NCBI GenBank assembly: GCA_028534125.1
Contig: CM052818.1
Location: forward strand, 28,460,001-28,524,000
From: Lama glama
Taxonomy: Eukaryota
Direction of reading: 5' to 3'
Length of the DNA: 64,000 nucleotides
Both the position numbers and the translations under genes were made by a program. Under the pieces are notes generated by a model. That model was not told the origin of the DNA. It ran no database searches and was given only the letters and a program-made list of their open reading frames with translations. Shown piece after piece: positions 38,871 through 52,455 of this stretch; position 1 is the first letter of the stretch; each line of letters opens with the position of its first letter.

Positions 38871-38934
38871 ATGCTTCCTGTCTCTTTCTATCTGTATTAT
38901 GAGCTCACTGACAGCAAAGGATAGTAAACACATA

Positions 38935-39300
38935 ACAGCAGACACTTAGTACTTACGTGTGAGGCATTCTTTAAGACAGATGTGTGTACATGTATGTACC
39001 TTAAGGAATATATACTCACACACACATCTGCATGTTTATTTTACTATACATGTACACAGTGAATATAAATCACATACATAATTTATATATACATGTGTAA
39101 TATAAATATACATATTCACTTGATTCTTACAATCATCCTATGAGTCAGGAATATTATTATTACTATTATTATTAACTGCATGCTGCAGATGAAAAAACTG
39201 AAGCACTGAAAGATAGGATCACTTGGACAAGCTGGTCCAAGGACTTCTCCCAGGGCCAGTGCCAGTGGGGCCCAGTGCTGCACTCTCACTCACAATGCTC
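38935..39300 (-). mobile_element. MIR split by a (CA/TA)-rich insert
   Basis: agtacttacgtgtgaggcattct [repeat] attcttacaatcatcctatgag..cagatgaaaaaactgaagcac. Confidence 0.65.
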
Positions 39301-39463
39301 TACTAGCAATGCCAGTGATAAAGATGCAAAGACAGAATGAGAATGAGTCCAAGGCAGTAATGTTTTGTGAGAGATCTTTAAACTAAGGCCACTTGTTGTC
39401 CCAGGTTTTGACACTCTATCTTACTCTCTTCTCCGTATTTTCATGAAGAAATCAGTTATCAGA

Positions 39464-39795
39464 TGACACAGTCCAAATGTTTGTGTCCCCATAAAGTTTA
39501 CTCTTGAAATCCTAATGCCTTTGGGAGATGCTTAGATCATGAAGGAGCCCAACTGAGTAGGATTAGTGCCCTTATAAAACAGACCCCAGATAGCTCCCTA
39601 GCCCCTTCCAACATGTGGGGACACACTGGGAAGGCAAAGACTGTGAACCAGGAAATAAGTTCTCACCAGAACACAACCATGATGATGTCTTGATTTTGAA
39701 CTTCCAGTGTCCAGAACTATGAAAAATAAATTTCTATTGTTTATAAGCCATCCAATCTGTACTATTTTGTTATAACACCTGAAACAGGCTAAGAT
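39464..39795 (+). mobile_element. MaLR LTR (MLT1A0-like)
   Basis: aatgtttgtgtcccc..gattagtgcccttataaaacagacccca..aataaatttctattgtttataagcca. Confidence 0.85.
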
Positions 39796-40044
39796 TTAAT
39801 GCTGACAGAAAAAAAGTTCATGTGACTGATATGGAAGCAAGGTTTACCCAAGACCTATGAACCCTAACAAGGCACAATAAAGAGAAAACAAGCATTAGAG
39901 CCCTCTGGATGAAGAGGACTGCCATCACAACCTTAGATCACTGACTTGATTTTCTAGATTATATATGCATTTTGGAGGGATACTACAGAATGATATTTAA
40001 AAAAATAAGAGTATACATATATCTATAAAGTCATTAAGTATACT

Positions 40045-40102
40045 CATTATACACACACACACATATATATACACACATACATACACATATAACTGTGTGT
40101 GT
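40045..40102. repeat. (CA)n/(TA)n microsatellite
   Basis: acacacacacacatatatatacacacatacatacacatat. Confidence 0.8.
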
Positions 40103-40809
40103 AATGAGTATATGTATCTCCATTCCTATCACACTCTTCAATTCTTTGGAAAAAATTAAATTATTTCCTTCTATAAAAAGAAAAGGTCTAGGATTTTTTA
40201 ATATTTCATTCCTGGGATTTAGGGTAATAAATTTTACTCTGACTTATAATTTGTTTGTTAAAAAAAAAAAACTATGCTAGCTTGAGGAGCTTGAGAAATA
40301 TGCTACTGTTTGAGATCTGCATACATCTCTTTCCTTCTTGACAACCACACCTTCCTGGGGTTATGATGCTGACAGCAATCCAGGGCTGCCCAACACTACA
40401 CTCAAACCTTCCCCTGCATCTGCACTCCTGAGTGCATGACACATCTCTTCGTCCTAAACCTCATCAAAGTACATTTTCCTTAGAGTCCTGTCTTAGCTAG
40501 CTGTGGAAAAACATCCATATGATCTGTTTGTATGGTAAAGACTGCCAGCAACTTAGTATGTATTTATATTTTCCCCCAATACTCCTAGAACCATCATTGC
40601 TTTTGCCCAAAGGATGTGTCTACTGCTTATTCTAGGAACAAAGGAATTAACTTCAATGCAGTATAGGGATAAAAGTAGGGGTGAGTAAGTAAGTGGTTTC
40701 CATCAAATCACACCACTGACTCCCTTTGATTTGATGGCTGCTATATAAAGACAACAACCTGTGTGATCCTGTTTCCTGATGAGTACTACAGCATGATAAC
40801 TGAAATGAT

Positions 40810-41030
40810 AGTTAGTATGTATTTTGTTCCAGGCACTGTACTAACTGCTTACATGCACGACTTTATTTCATTCTCACACTTAGTCCTGTGAGGTAGGAAG
40901 CAGGGGTTACAATTAGATTTGCAGATGAGGAAATTGAGAATTTTGTGAAAGGCAAACAGCTAACAAATTGAGGAGCCAGGAATCTAATCCAAACTGTTTG
41001 ACTCAAAAGCTTTTATGTGTAAAAACAGCA
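40810..41030 (-). mobile_element. MIR
   Basis: ccaggcactgtactaa..cctgtgaggtagg..cagatgaggaaattgag..gagccaggaatctaatcca. Confidence 0.75.
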
Positions 41031-41451
41031 CTGTTTCTGTTGCTTCCTTGTTTCCAAAGACAAGTAATTCTATTATTCAAAACACGTCCTTTACATACAG
41101 AATATTAACAAGATGGGTGAAATGGATTATGCTACTGTGGAGGACAAGTGCTTCAGACCTTCCTGGGGAAAGAGATAATCTCTTTTAAGCTGCACATTTG
41201 ATTATTTTAATAACAAAAAGTCATGTCTACATATAGTCACATTTATTTTCTATGTGCTAAACTTCCTAAGGTGAAGAAATAATACTATGTCTGAAGGAAC
41301 ACCCTGAACTAATCTGCTCTGTCCAAGGTGTCCAATCTCCCCCAACCAGGCTTGCAGCATCTTCCCTGCATTTGCATGTGCCCCCCACCTCCCTTTGTTC
41401 AACACCCACCTATTCTCCAAGGCTTACCTCCATGCAGACTTTCTCTGCTTC

Positions 41452-41928
41452 TGCAACAGAGAACAAACCTGCCTCCGTACTGGATCTATTCCTTTAGTTC
41501 TAACCCTTGTGCTTTGTTCCTTGTGCTTAGTCATGCTGGCTCTGCACCTTTGTAAAAGGATGCTGCCTGTAGCCTGAAATACATCATAGCCCATTTTGAA
41601 GCCTCTGATATTTAAAGGCATAACACTTTTCCATTTATATAGAGATAAAAAGTTGCAGAACAGAAAATAACACTTTTCTTGTTGGAGGCTTATAGGAACA
41701 TTGTGACCACACCTGTGCCAACAACCAGCCACAACCCATTCCCTTTTACTATAAAAGAAGCCTGAATTCTAACTCAGGTAAGAAGATTCACTGGGACACT
41801 AGTTGACCATCTCCTCAATCTGCTGGCCTTCTGAACAAAGTTGCTATTCCTTGCCCCAACACCTCATCTCTCAATTTATTGGCCTGTCATGCGGCAAGCA
41901 GAGCAGTATGAGCTTGGACTCAGTAACA
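41452..41928 (+). mobile_element. ERV1 solo LTR (MER41-related, Laurasiatherian)
   Basis: TG start tgcaacagagaacaaacctgcctcc; TATAAAA at 41750; ends ccttgccccaacacctcatctctc..gagcttggactcagtaaca; 4-bp TSD cttc/ctac (one mismatch). Confidence 0.8.
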
Positions 41929-42009
41929 CTACTTTCATCTAAAAACAACCAGAGTAACTTTCTCCCTTCTCTGAACTCCCAGTTAGCCAACTGTTCTTCT
42001 CTGATATCA

Positions 42010-42384
42010 AGTATACTAGGCAGTGAGGATTCCATAACAAAATACCACAGACTGGGTGGCTTAAACAACAGAAATTTATTCTCAAATGGTTACAGAGGCT
42101 GGAAATCCCAGATGAAGGTGTTGGCAGGATTAGTTTCTCCTGAGGCCCCTCCCAGAAGGCTATCTCCTCACTGAGTTCTCTCTCACAAGGCCTTTCCTCT
42201 GTGTGTGTGTGTACTCCTGGTATCTCCTCTTCTTATAAAAGACTAGTCACATTGGATTAGGGCCCCACCCTTATGACATCATTTCACTGAATTACCTCCT
42301 GAAAGGCCCCATCTCCAAATACAGTCACATTGTGGGTTAGGGCTTCAAAGATATGAATTTTGGTGAGACACAATTTAGTTAACA
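42010..42384 (-). mobile_element. MaLR LTR (MLT1A/B-like)
   Basis: ccataacaaaataccacagactgggtggcttaaacaacagaaatttattctc..attggattagggccccaccc. Confidence 0.88.
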
Positions 42385-42554
42385 TCAGATTTTACTTGAT
42401 ATTCAGAAATGTACCCATTGTAACATTAGCTGAACTCACCATTAGCCTGTGAGTAGCTTAGAGAAAGCAAGTCTATCTTATTCATCTCTGTAACTTCTGC
42501 AACATTTGATACAGTGTTTTGCAAATAATACTAATCAGCCACCATTCACTAAAC

Positions 42555-42760
42555 AGTGTATTTACACCATTAGCACTTTATAAACATATCATCCAATTCC
42601 AGCGATAACATCTGAAGTAAATAATGTAACCTCCACATTAGAGATGATGAAACTCAAGTCCTGGTAGATCAGGCATCTTGGTGAAGTTCTCACGCTTATT
42701 AAAGGATAGAACTAAAAGAAACCTAAGTCTATTTTAAAGCAAAGCTTAGACTTTGTTCCA
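42555..42760 (-). mobile_element. MIR
   Basis: agcactttataaacatatcatc..gagatgatgaaactcaag. Confidence 0.55.
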
Positions 42761-44494
42761 GACTTGTTTACTCCAAGTCTGCCTCATGACATTTGTTGAA
42801 ACAAATAAATGTCACTAGGGTAGGCCATTGGTGGTGCCAATTTATTTTTCCTATTCCCTATGAACAGTAGAATTGATGGGATTTTCTTTGATCACTTGTT
42901 TGGAAAGGCAGAAGGGAAAGGGATATAAATTTTAGAAACGTAAGTATAGCAGATGCAAAGGGAATGCCTTTCTTTCCAGATTTTTACTGGAAGCAATATT
43001 GAAGCAATTAATAAAGGGGAAAGAGGTGAGGAAGGTATAAGGAAGGTGTCTGACATAATAATGATAATATATTTCAACAGAGTAAAGCAGAAAAACAAAA
43101 CACTGGTTGGATTTAACAGGCATCCAGCTTTATGCATGACATCACAGGGGGTGCATTATACAGCCAATAAGAGATCCATCTGCTTCACAATAGTCCCTCA
43201 TTATCCATCCACAGTGCCTGAAATTATCATGCAGTTGTAACTCCAGTGGTTTAAGATTTTAGAAGTTACCAGTCCCAGTTGCACCTAATCTCCATTAAAA
43301 TATAAAAATCTAACCTGCAGGATAATAAGTTAATTCTTTAGTGTATTAACATATCACATTTAATGCATGCTACAAGATAAAAATCTGCTTTTTAAAATAC
43401 GGCAGTGAATTGCGCATCAAGACAAAGCAAGTATATAACATAATTTACAGACCTAAATGTCCAGGCAAAACAAAGTCTTGAGGACGAGAAAGGGCATATT
43501 CTATTGGGTACTTGGAACTGGGTGGGAAAGGGGCAGGAAGGAGAGGAACCTGGAGGATTGATAGAAAAAAATGGCAATTAAAGTGAGTGTGTGATGTTAG
43601 CAAAAACCAGCTGCCAATTCTCTACAAGAATACGTCCCTAAAACACTGCATTAGATGGTGGTTAAGAGTTTTGTGAATCTAGAGGCAAAGCAGAGGGTGG
43701 TGGTTGACTAGAGCAAAAAGTTTGAGGCTGGAAGGTTTGAGTCAAGCAGGGTAAGTGAGTGGCATTTAGTTACTTTTTTTTGCCATTTAAACTCAGGGAC
43801 ATCATTTGCACAGCCTTCTGCAAAGCAAGAGTTGAACTGTGATGAGAATTGACGCATTCAATTTTTCATGAATTAATTTTCTATTTGGCTGGTATGTCCA
43901 GAATTCCTTACTTGTCTTTCCCTAAACTGTCTGGATAATTGGTTCAATTTTCTGCTTTGCTTTGACTGCAGGAACCTTGCCTATTTAAGGCATTTTTCTT
44001 TCAACTCCCACTCAGTTGGCTTAAAAAGGTGCTGCTACTACAGCAAGGAGGTCAAGATAGATAGTGAGACCTGACAATTTACATTGCCCAAGTCCCTGAC
44101 TCAGTTACTTTAGGTTTGTAAGAGGAAAAGAAAAAATGGCAGAGACCTTATTCTTCTTAGCTACTTAAAAGTTTAAATAATTAACCACATGTCAAAGTCA
44201 GCTGCAACTGGCTCCCTCTTCCTGCCCATAGCTTCCTTTTAAAAGAACTGCCTCCAGCACAGCTGTACCTGTAGAAGAAAGTACAGGTGAACCTGCCATC
44301 TTGGCTGGGGCATCTTTGGGTACTAATGAGAGATCAGCTTAGCAATGTGGACAGCAGTCCAATCTTGATGGACATACGATAGCGAAGTATTTAGAGGTAC
44401 AGCTTTCTTCCTCTCTGTTAAAATTTATCACAATCATTGACAACTGTACTATTTTTTTGTACTATGGTTGTTTTACTCTGGATTTAGAATGTGG

Positions 44495-44813
44495 TGCTAT
44501 GGTCTTAATGTTAATGTCTTCCTAAAATTCATATGTTGAAATCTTGCTTAGGTCATGAAGGGAGAGCCCTCATGAATGCAATTCGTGTTCTTATAAAAGA
44601 GGGTTCAGAGAGATCTCTTCTCTCTTCTGCCATGTGAGGATACAGTGAAAAGACAGATTTCTATGAGCCAGGAAGCTCTCACTAAACACTGAATAGGCCG
44701 GGACCTTGATCCTAGACTTCCCAGCCTCCAGAACTGTGAGAAACAAACGTGTGTTGTTTATAAGCCATCTTGTCTATGGTGTGTTATTACAGCAGCCTGA
44801 ACTATCTAAGACA
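44495..44813 (+). mobile_element. MaLR LTR (MLT1A-like)
   Basis: tgctatggtcttaatg..aaaattcatatgttgaaatc..gacttcccagcctccagaactgtgagaaa..ctaagaca. Confidence 0.88.
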
Positions 44814-45082
44814 CATGAGATCTAGAAGTATTCTGTAATTTTGCAAAGACTTTAGTTGGTAGTCCATTCTGAGAAGCTTCATTTACAGACCAAAAATATT
44901 AGCATTCCAAAATTTTGAGGAAAATTTATAGTAGTTTAAATTAATGAAAGCACATCTATTGAATAAAATAGCAGGCAGAATAGAAGAAAAATATTTAACA
45001 TAATTCAAAAGTCCTTATTTATTTTTGGTGGCACAGACACATTATAGAGTAGATGGTATAGTATAATTCCTTGACTTGAAAA

Positions 45083-45084
<2 letters not shown>

Positions 45085-45133
<49 letters not shown>
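45085..45133. repeat. Perfect (AC)24 microsatellite
   Basis: Uninterrupted AC run. Confidence 0.97.
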
Positions 45134-45135
<2 letters not shown>

Positions 45136-46599
45136 GGCTAAGAAAATGCACATGATATGAACCAAAATGTTATCAATTATTTTCTCCAGAGGGCAGCATT
45201 ACAGAATTTATTTTACTTTTTTTCAAATTTATATGCACTTAAATATATTTTATAGTAAATACTTTGCAACACATGAAATTATTTTTTAATAAAATATACA
45301 AAAACCTGAATTTCAGACTTTTTGCAATGGTCATGTAGGTTAAGTCTGTGAACACAAGTCACTATTCACTCCAAGACACATCACCAAATTACTCCAAAAG
45401 GAAAAAGAAAAACCCATGGGCATTCAATCAGAGACTTTAGTAATTTAAAACTATGTCTCAGCTTCCTAATCTATAAAAAGAGGGTCTAATACTTAACTTT
45501 CCATGTTTCCTGAAGGTTAAAGATGCCTTATTTTTATGCTATCTATTAATGCTAAATAATAATGCTAAAATGTATTATTCAATCAAAAACATTCATTGGG
45601 CATCTGCTGGCATACACTGTCAGGTGAGAGGTTGACAGGTAAGTGCCAAAATTAAACTATTCAGTTTTGGTTTTTTGAGCGTAATTTCCATAATTGCTCA
45701 AATTTGAAAATAAAAACACATTATTTATATAGATACACCTCAGTTTGTGTATAAGTGTCCTGCCTAAAATGGAAAATAACAAGTTTGTGCCACAGATATA
45801 AGAAAGAATAATTCATTTACATACTTATAAGTCTCAATATAATAATTACTAAGGTATAGAAAAAAGCCTTTATGAAATCAATTTGGACTTCGACTTGAAA
45901 GATTTACTTTTTTTCAATTTACTTTTTTCAATATCAGTGTAATTTTTTTAAGTAATGCATATGTGCTATATAAAACTCAAATAAAAGTGAAAGTTACAAT
46001 ACTTTAACAGATAATCAAATAATATATATAAAATTATTTGTACTATATATGAATATATATGTAAGTATAATGGAGTTATACTAAACTCTTTTGTAACTGC
46101 ATTTTAGTATCAATGGCTTACAAACATCTTTTCATGTTAATAAAAATAAATTTATATAATTTTGTTGACCGCTAGCATCCAATTACATTAATATAAAGAG
46201 CATAAAGTGATAAAAAAGTGAATAAAGAGATAAAACTTATATTCCCAACTTGATGTGCCTCTATTCATCACTATATAAAGTTGTGGGTCATGGTAATTTG
46301 GACTAAAACACAAAGGAATTATTTTTATTTCAGTGTTTGCCTAAATTTTGCAGATAGCAATTCAAGTACTTTGCCAGCAAATATTTTTCTTATACATATA
46401 AATTATGGAAGGATATTAAAATGTGTGCATCTTAGTTTGCTAATCTTTAAGAGCTGGAGTGCTTTAGAGATAGTCAAGTACAAAGGAAGTAATTTGGGGT
46501 GAGGAGAAAGCCTAGAAGTTCTGAAAAAAAAAAAGCAGATGCTGTTTCATTCTGAGCACACAAACTAAGAATTTTTAAATAGGAAGGCATCTTAAAAGG

Positions 46600-46750
46600 G
46601 TGCACAGTCAAGCCAATCTTATGGGTCAGGAAATAGGGGACTATATTGGTTAGGTGGCTTTTATGGTCACACAGATAATGAGAAGAACATGGAGGGTCAC
46701 AACCTGGATCTTCTGACTTGAAGTACAACAATCTTTTAAATACACCACAC
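46600..46750 (-). mobile_element. MIR fragment
   Basis: aggaaataggggact..ggttaggtggctttt..ggtcacacagata..aacctggatcttctgact. Confidence 0.55.
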
Positions 46751-48281
46751 AACACATTATTTTTTACCTTCCTTTAGCCAATGTACTTGATTTTATGTTG
46801 TCCTTGATACTTCTAACATAAACTCAAAATAAGACTATTAAAATATGATGACTATTTACACATGACCTGGTAATGTTTATTTAGGCAAGGGCATTTATAA
46901 GAAGTACTACATCAATTTCTGTTCAAGGCATTTATGGACATTTTCAGCACTTTTTTTTTCTTTGTAATGCTACTCCAACATTTCCAGCTCATCAGATTGA
47001 AAGCTTTCTTACTATCAGGAGTCAGTCAGTGAATGTTGCTACCTGAATCTGTCTGCTTTGATTGAGAAGGTGATTTGTGTAATCATGAAGTAAGACACTG
47101 TGGTTTTCTACAGCTTGAAATAATCCTCATGTGAAAGCAAAATTGCCTGAGTGACTAGGATAGATCTCGGGAGAGGCAGATATGGGTCTGTGGTACTTGG
47201 TGACAAGCTCTGCTGGCACCAGTGAAGCAAAATGTCACTTAAGGTAATAAAAACCTCTAGCAATATAGTTAAAATCCTTGCCACAGCTTATACTAGGCAT
47301 TACAAGCTGCAAAAGAAAAAGAAAAGCTTTTTATGATATTGTTCTTGTCACAGGGGAAGTGAGTCCATAGCTCACCACTGCCTCCCACAGGGGTTGGCTG
47401 CTATGATTGCAAGAACTGAAAAAACAAAACAAAACAAAACAACAAATAAAAACCTTTAGTGGGCAGAGCACCTGGTCCTGCTTTTAGAAGAGATACTGAA
47501 CATCACAGTGACAAGAAAGCACTGATAGCTCTATGTGGCTTCTCTATGATGAATCATAAAGATCTATGCTTACCAGAACTTTGAGATCATCTAGCTATAC
47601 CTCTCAAATCATCTAACTGTACAGTCTCAGAGGAGACTGGGAGCCAGAGGGTTAAAAGAATTAAAGGACTATTCCAGCCCTACACCCAAACCTAAAAACT
47701 ACATCTCCTAATTCTCAAAACCAATACTTTGTCCTTCAAACTCTGAGACTCTAAAATTAACCTGAAATAAGAAATTCCAACAGACGTGAAACTAACCAAA
47801 ATGCTTACCATTATTCTATGCCCAGGAGTTTGAAAGGCTTCTACACTAGAGGCTACTTCCTCCAAGTCACTGGGTCTGTAATTTGGAGACGCAAATACTA
47901 GATCATTAGTGGTACCAAAGAAATCTTTATAGTCTTGCTGTGTACTCACCTACGGTAATAGTTATCTAATAGTGTACTTTTAGCCGTATTTTTTTGTTTG
48001 CGAAATAGAATGTTTACTTAATATATTTTAACAAGATATGTAAAATTTTCTTATCAGTGAATTAAATATAATATACAACTGGATAATCTAGAAAATTCAA
48101 ATAATTCAATGAAATTATATAAATTCAGTTCATTGTTTTATTCAATATAACCTTAATTTTCTCTGCAGTCTGGTTAGCAAATAGTGTATGATTTATCCTG
48201 AATCTGTCCATGGTGCTGAAAGTTCTTCTACTGTTAACAGTGGAGCATCATGGCAGTGTTATGGCAGACTCCCTTCAATTA

Positions 48282-48692
48282 ATTTTTTCCAGCTAATAAT
48301 ATTGAGATATTATTAACACATAGCATATGTAAGTTTAAGGTGCACAATGTGGTTATTTGATACACATATATATTATGGAATGATTACCATAGTAAGATTA
48401 CCATTTTTGTTAGTGAGTGGTGATGACATTTAAGATCTACTCTCTTAACAACTTTGAATTTTACAATGCAGTGTTGTGAATTACACTGACCCTGCTGTAA
48501 ATCAGGTGCCCTGACCTTATTCATCTTATAACTGGAAGTTTTCACCCTTTGACAACATCTCCCCAGTTCCCCCACTTCCAGCCCCTGGTAACCATCATTG
48601 TACTATTTCTACGAGTTTAGCTTTTTTAGATTCCATGAGTGAAAACATACAGTATGTGTCTTTCTTTCTGACTTATTTCACTTAGAATAATG
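48282..48692 (-). mobile_element. L1 3' UTR (L1MA9-like)
   Basis: gtaagtttaaggtgcacaatgtg..ttaagatctactctcttaacaacttt..cttattcatcttataactggaagttt..gacttatttcacttagaataatg. Confidence 0.88.
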
Positions 48693-50184
48693 CAAAAGTT
48701 TGTTTATATTCTTATGTCCTCTCCACTACAAACTCTCCCTCTTCTTTCCAGTTTATTGTTGAGACATCGGTACTGAGGTGGTACATGGGACATCTTCTGA
48801 CTGTCAATAATGTAGATTTAATGAGGTCATTTAGCTTTTCTGATTTTCCTTTTAGATGCAATCTCCCATCCTCTGCTTTCATTCCAAATTTGTATACATA
48901 CAACCCTATGCATGTAAACTAAAGAATAACGAACCAGGTACCTTTTATTTGAATAAAATGTAAAAGTTTGTAAGATGATATATTGGTTTTTGCAGGAGCC
49001 ATTTGATAACACTTGCTTTTTACATAAATGTGAATTGCTTTGAAATCTGTTGAAACCTAGGTAGCTGCAGTTGTCATAGTTTTATGCTTCCTCTTGAGTC
49101 TACTTGTACTAATCACTTATGCCCTTTATGACAACAATGAGAGTTTATAGAGAATGACAATAGAAAAGTGGTTGGCAGCTGAGGTGACTTAGGTTGCAAT
49201 AGTGTCCCACAAGATGACAGTGATAGAGTTCTAGCTGTCGGCAGGGTATCACTGCCCCCAGCAGAGGTACAGGTAGAAGCATCTGAGGCAGGTGAATGAG
49301 GGAGCAGCAGAAAAGCATTCAAGAAAGAAAGGAAAGATACGTTCAGAAAATAAAGCCTGAAGAATTTTTATCATTCCTTTATATTAACTGAATTTACTTT
49401 TTGTGTGTGTGATCTAAAACATCATTAAAAGCTCTACAGTGTGGGTCAATTTTAAGTAACTTGAGAAATCAGAGATAAGCAGTTTTCGGGGGAAAAGAGT
49501 CTAGTTGAGTCCTGATTGAAATACGTAATGATACAAGAAACCTGAAGATATTTTATTGAAATGCATATATAAATCTCTCCTCTTATCATTTTTTTCCAGC
49601 AACAACACAGATAAGCTCACTTGATCTTAAGAGGCCATATGATGACAACTTTAAACGATGTGAGGCAGATTTTTTAAAGAAAGTGGGCTATACACACATA
49701 TTTCCGTCTCTTCTCTCAACGGTGCCCATTATTATGATGCTAAAGAAATGTAAATGTTGTAAACCCTTACTAAAAAGGAATGAGACAATTCATTAATTCC
49801 TGCAAAGTGGGAGCAAATAAAAAGTAGGACAGAGGAGAGTGCAGCCTAGACCATAAAGAAGGCCTGTAGAAAAAAATAAGCCCAACAGAGCTCCTAGACT
49901 GTTACAGCTCTGAGAGGGCATAGAGGACAGAAGGAGCAAGAGAGGGTGAAACGGAGCTGAAAGCACATGATTCATTGAGTCTACTTTGTTTTTTTCTCAC
50001 CACAAGAAAGAAAAGAATGCAATCAGCAAGCCCAGAGCAAACAAAATCTGTCAAAGAAATTGTCGTTCAAACATGAAGACATGGTTTAGAGAAACTGTTG
50101 GAAAGGGAGAAAGAACTGTAAATAGAGCTCTTTTCCTTTCATAATAAAAGATCATGAAAATAAGAATTCCAGGGAGATTAAGGA

Positions 50185-50500
50185 ATTAAAGAATTAAAGC
50201 CATGAAAGTAATATGGAAAAATACAGGAGAATATTTTTAGGGCTTTAGGGTAAAAAAGGCCATCCAAAAAATAATACATAAAGCAAAAGCCAAAATTGAT
50301 CAGTTAAACTAGATTACAATTAAGATAAAAATTTGAAAGGAGAAATAACATGGAAAAGTTAGGCAAAAGTGGTAGATAAAGATATCTGCAACATTTATGA
50401 AGCTAAAGGTTAATACTCAAAATTTATTCAGAGATAAAATAAGGCAAATAACAAGATAAAATTTGAGCAAAGTATATGAACAGGCAACCCACGGAAGATG
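50185..50500 (+). mobile_element. Old L1 ORF2 fragment (L1ME-like)
   Basis: gaaaaatacaggagaatattttt..aagatatctgcaaca..gagcaaagtatatgaacaggcaa. Confidence 0.6.
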
Positions 50501-50504
50501 GATT

Positions 50505-50980
50505 TTGAAGTCTTTGTTTTCCTTAGTGCAAACAGTGCTGCAGTGAACACCCTCTTACACATCACCATGTTCACATGTGCAAGTGCTTCTCTTCAGGATA
50601 CAGTGAATTACTGGAGGAGAGTGTCTCAAGTTTTGTGTTTATTTTAGCATTTAGGGCAATGCTACCAAATTCCCCTCCAAAGTGGCTTTGGTAAATTTAC
50701 ACTCCCTCCAACACTGCATGAGTGTCCATTTCTTTGCATCATATATGACAGGATATTTGCTTCTTTTCAATATAATGGCTGAAAATGAGATTTCAATGAG
50801 AGAGTCTTTCCTTGATTGCTAGTTGTTATTACCATAGTTTCTGCATTGAGTGGATGACTATATTTCTTCTTCTAAGAAATATTTTTTTCTGCTGTCTTAT
50901 TTGCTACCTGGATTTTTCTTGTCCTTCTTTTATGGTATTCTGTAACTTGTTCTGAGACTTTTCATAATTCTTTGCTTGAA
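50505..50980 (-). mobile_element. Old L1 ORF2 fragment (L1ME-like), opposite orientation
   Basis: aaacagtgctgcagtgaacaccct..ccaaattcccctccaaagtgg..atttacactccctccaaca. Confidence 0.65.
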
Positions 50981-51182
50981 GGAGAATGGCTATCTACTGC
51001 TTATAAATATCTAAAGAGTAGTATACACATGTTATCTAGAAAAATGGAGCTAACTGGCAGAATAACTCCAAAATGAAATGATGAAGAGTGACCACCTTTA
51101 GGATACTGAAAGAGCAGAAAACTACTCATTTTCATAATAAAACCTACTGGATTATTTGATTTTTTAAAAATCATATTCATAT

Positions 51183-51500
51183 TGTCATTAATGTATAGAA
51201 ATGCAACAGATTCATGTATATTAATTTTGTGTCTGGCAACTTCACCACATTCATTGATGAGTTCTAGTAGTTTTCTGTTGGTACCTTTAGGATTTTCTAT
51301 GTATAGTATCATGTCATCTGCAAACAGTGACAGTTTTACTTCTTCCTTTCCAATTTAAATTTCTTTTATTTCTTTTTCTTCTTTGATTGCTGTAGATTGG
51401 GCATCCAAAACTATGTTGAGTAAAAGCAGGGAGAGTAGCAACCTCGTCTTATTCCTGATCTTAGAGGAAATGTTTTCAGCTTTTAACTATTGAGTGTAAT
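51183..51500 (-). mobile_element. Inverted 5' segment of an L1 (ORF2 RT domain)
   Basis: Minus strand 51301-51331 encodes SLFADDMILY (RT catalytic motif). ORF 51001-51312 continues MILYIENPK..KLLELINE..KINIHESVAFLY. Confidence 0.92.
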
Positions 51501-52085
51501 GGAGAAAATATTTGCAAATGATGAGCTGACAAGGGACTAATTTCCCAAATATACAAAATATACATATACAATATTCAGCTGCATGAGCTTAATATATAAA
51601 TATATATTAATTATATATAAACAAACCAAATGAAAAACAGGCAGGAGACCTAAACAGACATTTCTCCAGAGGAGACATACAGATGGCCAATAGGCATATG
51701 AAAAGACACTCAACATCGCTAATTATTAGAGAAATGTGAATCAAAACTACAATCACCTTCACACCAGTCAAAATGGTCATCATTAAAAAATCTACAAATA
51801 ATAAATGCTGGAAAGGGCATGGAGAAAAAGGAATCCTCCTACTGTTGGTGGAAATGTAAATTGGTATAGCCACTATGGAGAACATTATGGAGGTTCCTTA
51901 AAAAAGTAGAACTAGAGCTACCATATATGATCACAGAATCCCACTTCTGGGCATATATCGAGGTAAAACTATAACTCAAAAAGATACATGCATCCAAGTG
52001 TTCATAGCGGCACTATTTACAATAGCCCAGATGTTGAAGCAGCCTAAATGTCTATTTACAGATGAATAGATAAAGAAGACGTGAG

Positions 52086-52086
<1 letters not shown>

Positions 52087-52124
<38 letters not shown>
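52087..52124. repeat. (CA)n microsatellite inside L1
   Basis: About 18 CA units. Confidence 0.95.
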
Positions 52125-52126
<2 letters not shown>

Positions 52127-52455
52127 GGAATACTACTCAGTCACAAAAAGAATGAAATAATGTCATTTGCAGCAACATGGATGGGCCTAGAGATTATCAT
52201 AGTAAGTGAAGTGAGTTAGACAAAGACAAATATATGATATCACTTATTTGTAGATTCTCAAAAAATGATACAAATGAACTTATTTACAAACCAGAAATAA
52301 ACTCACAGACATAGAAAACTATGGTTACTAAAGAGAAAATGAGTGGGAGGGAGGGATAAATTAGGAGTTTGGGAATAGCAGATACACAGTACTATATATA
52401 AAAGATATATAACAAGGAGCCCCTGTATAGCACAAGGAACTATATTCAATATTTT

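Noticed and set aside
41328..42174. Dense ORF cluster
   Set aside because: Coincides largely with an ERV1 LTR and an MLT1 LTR of higher GC content; chance ORFs.
49680..49970. Possible old L1ME/HAL1 5' UTR fragment
   Set aside because: Resemblance is too weak to call without a profile search.
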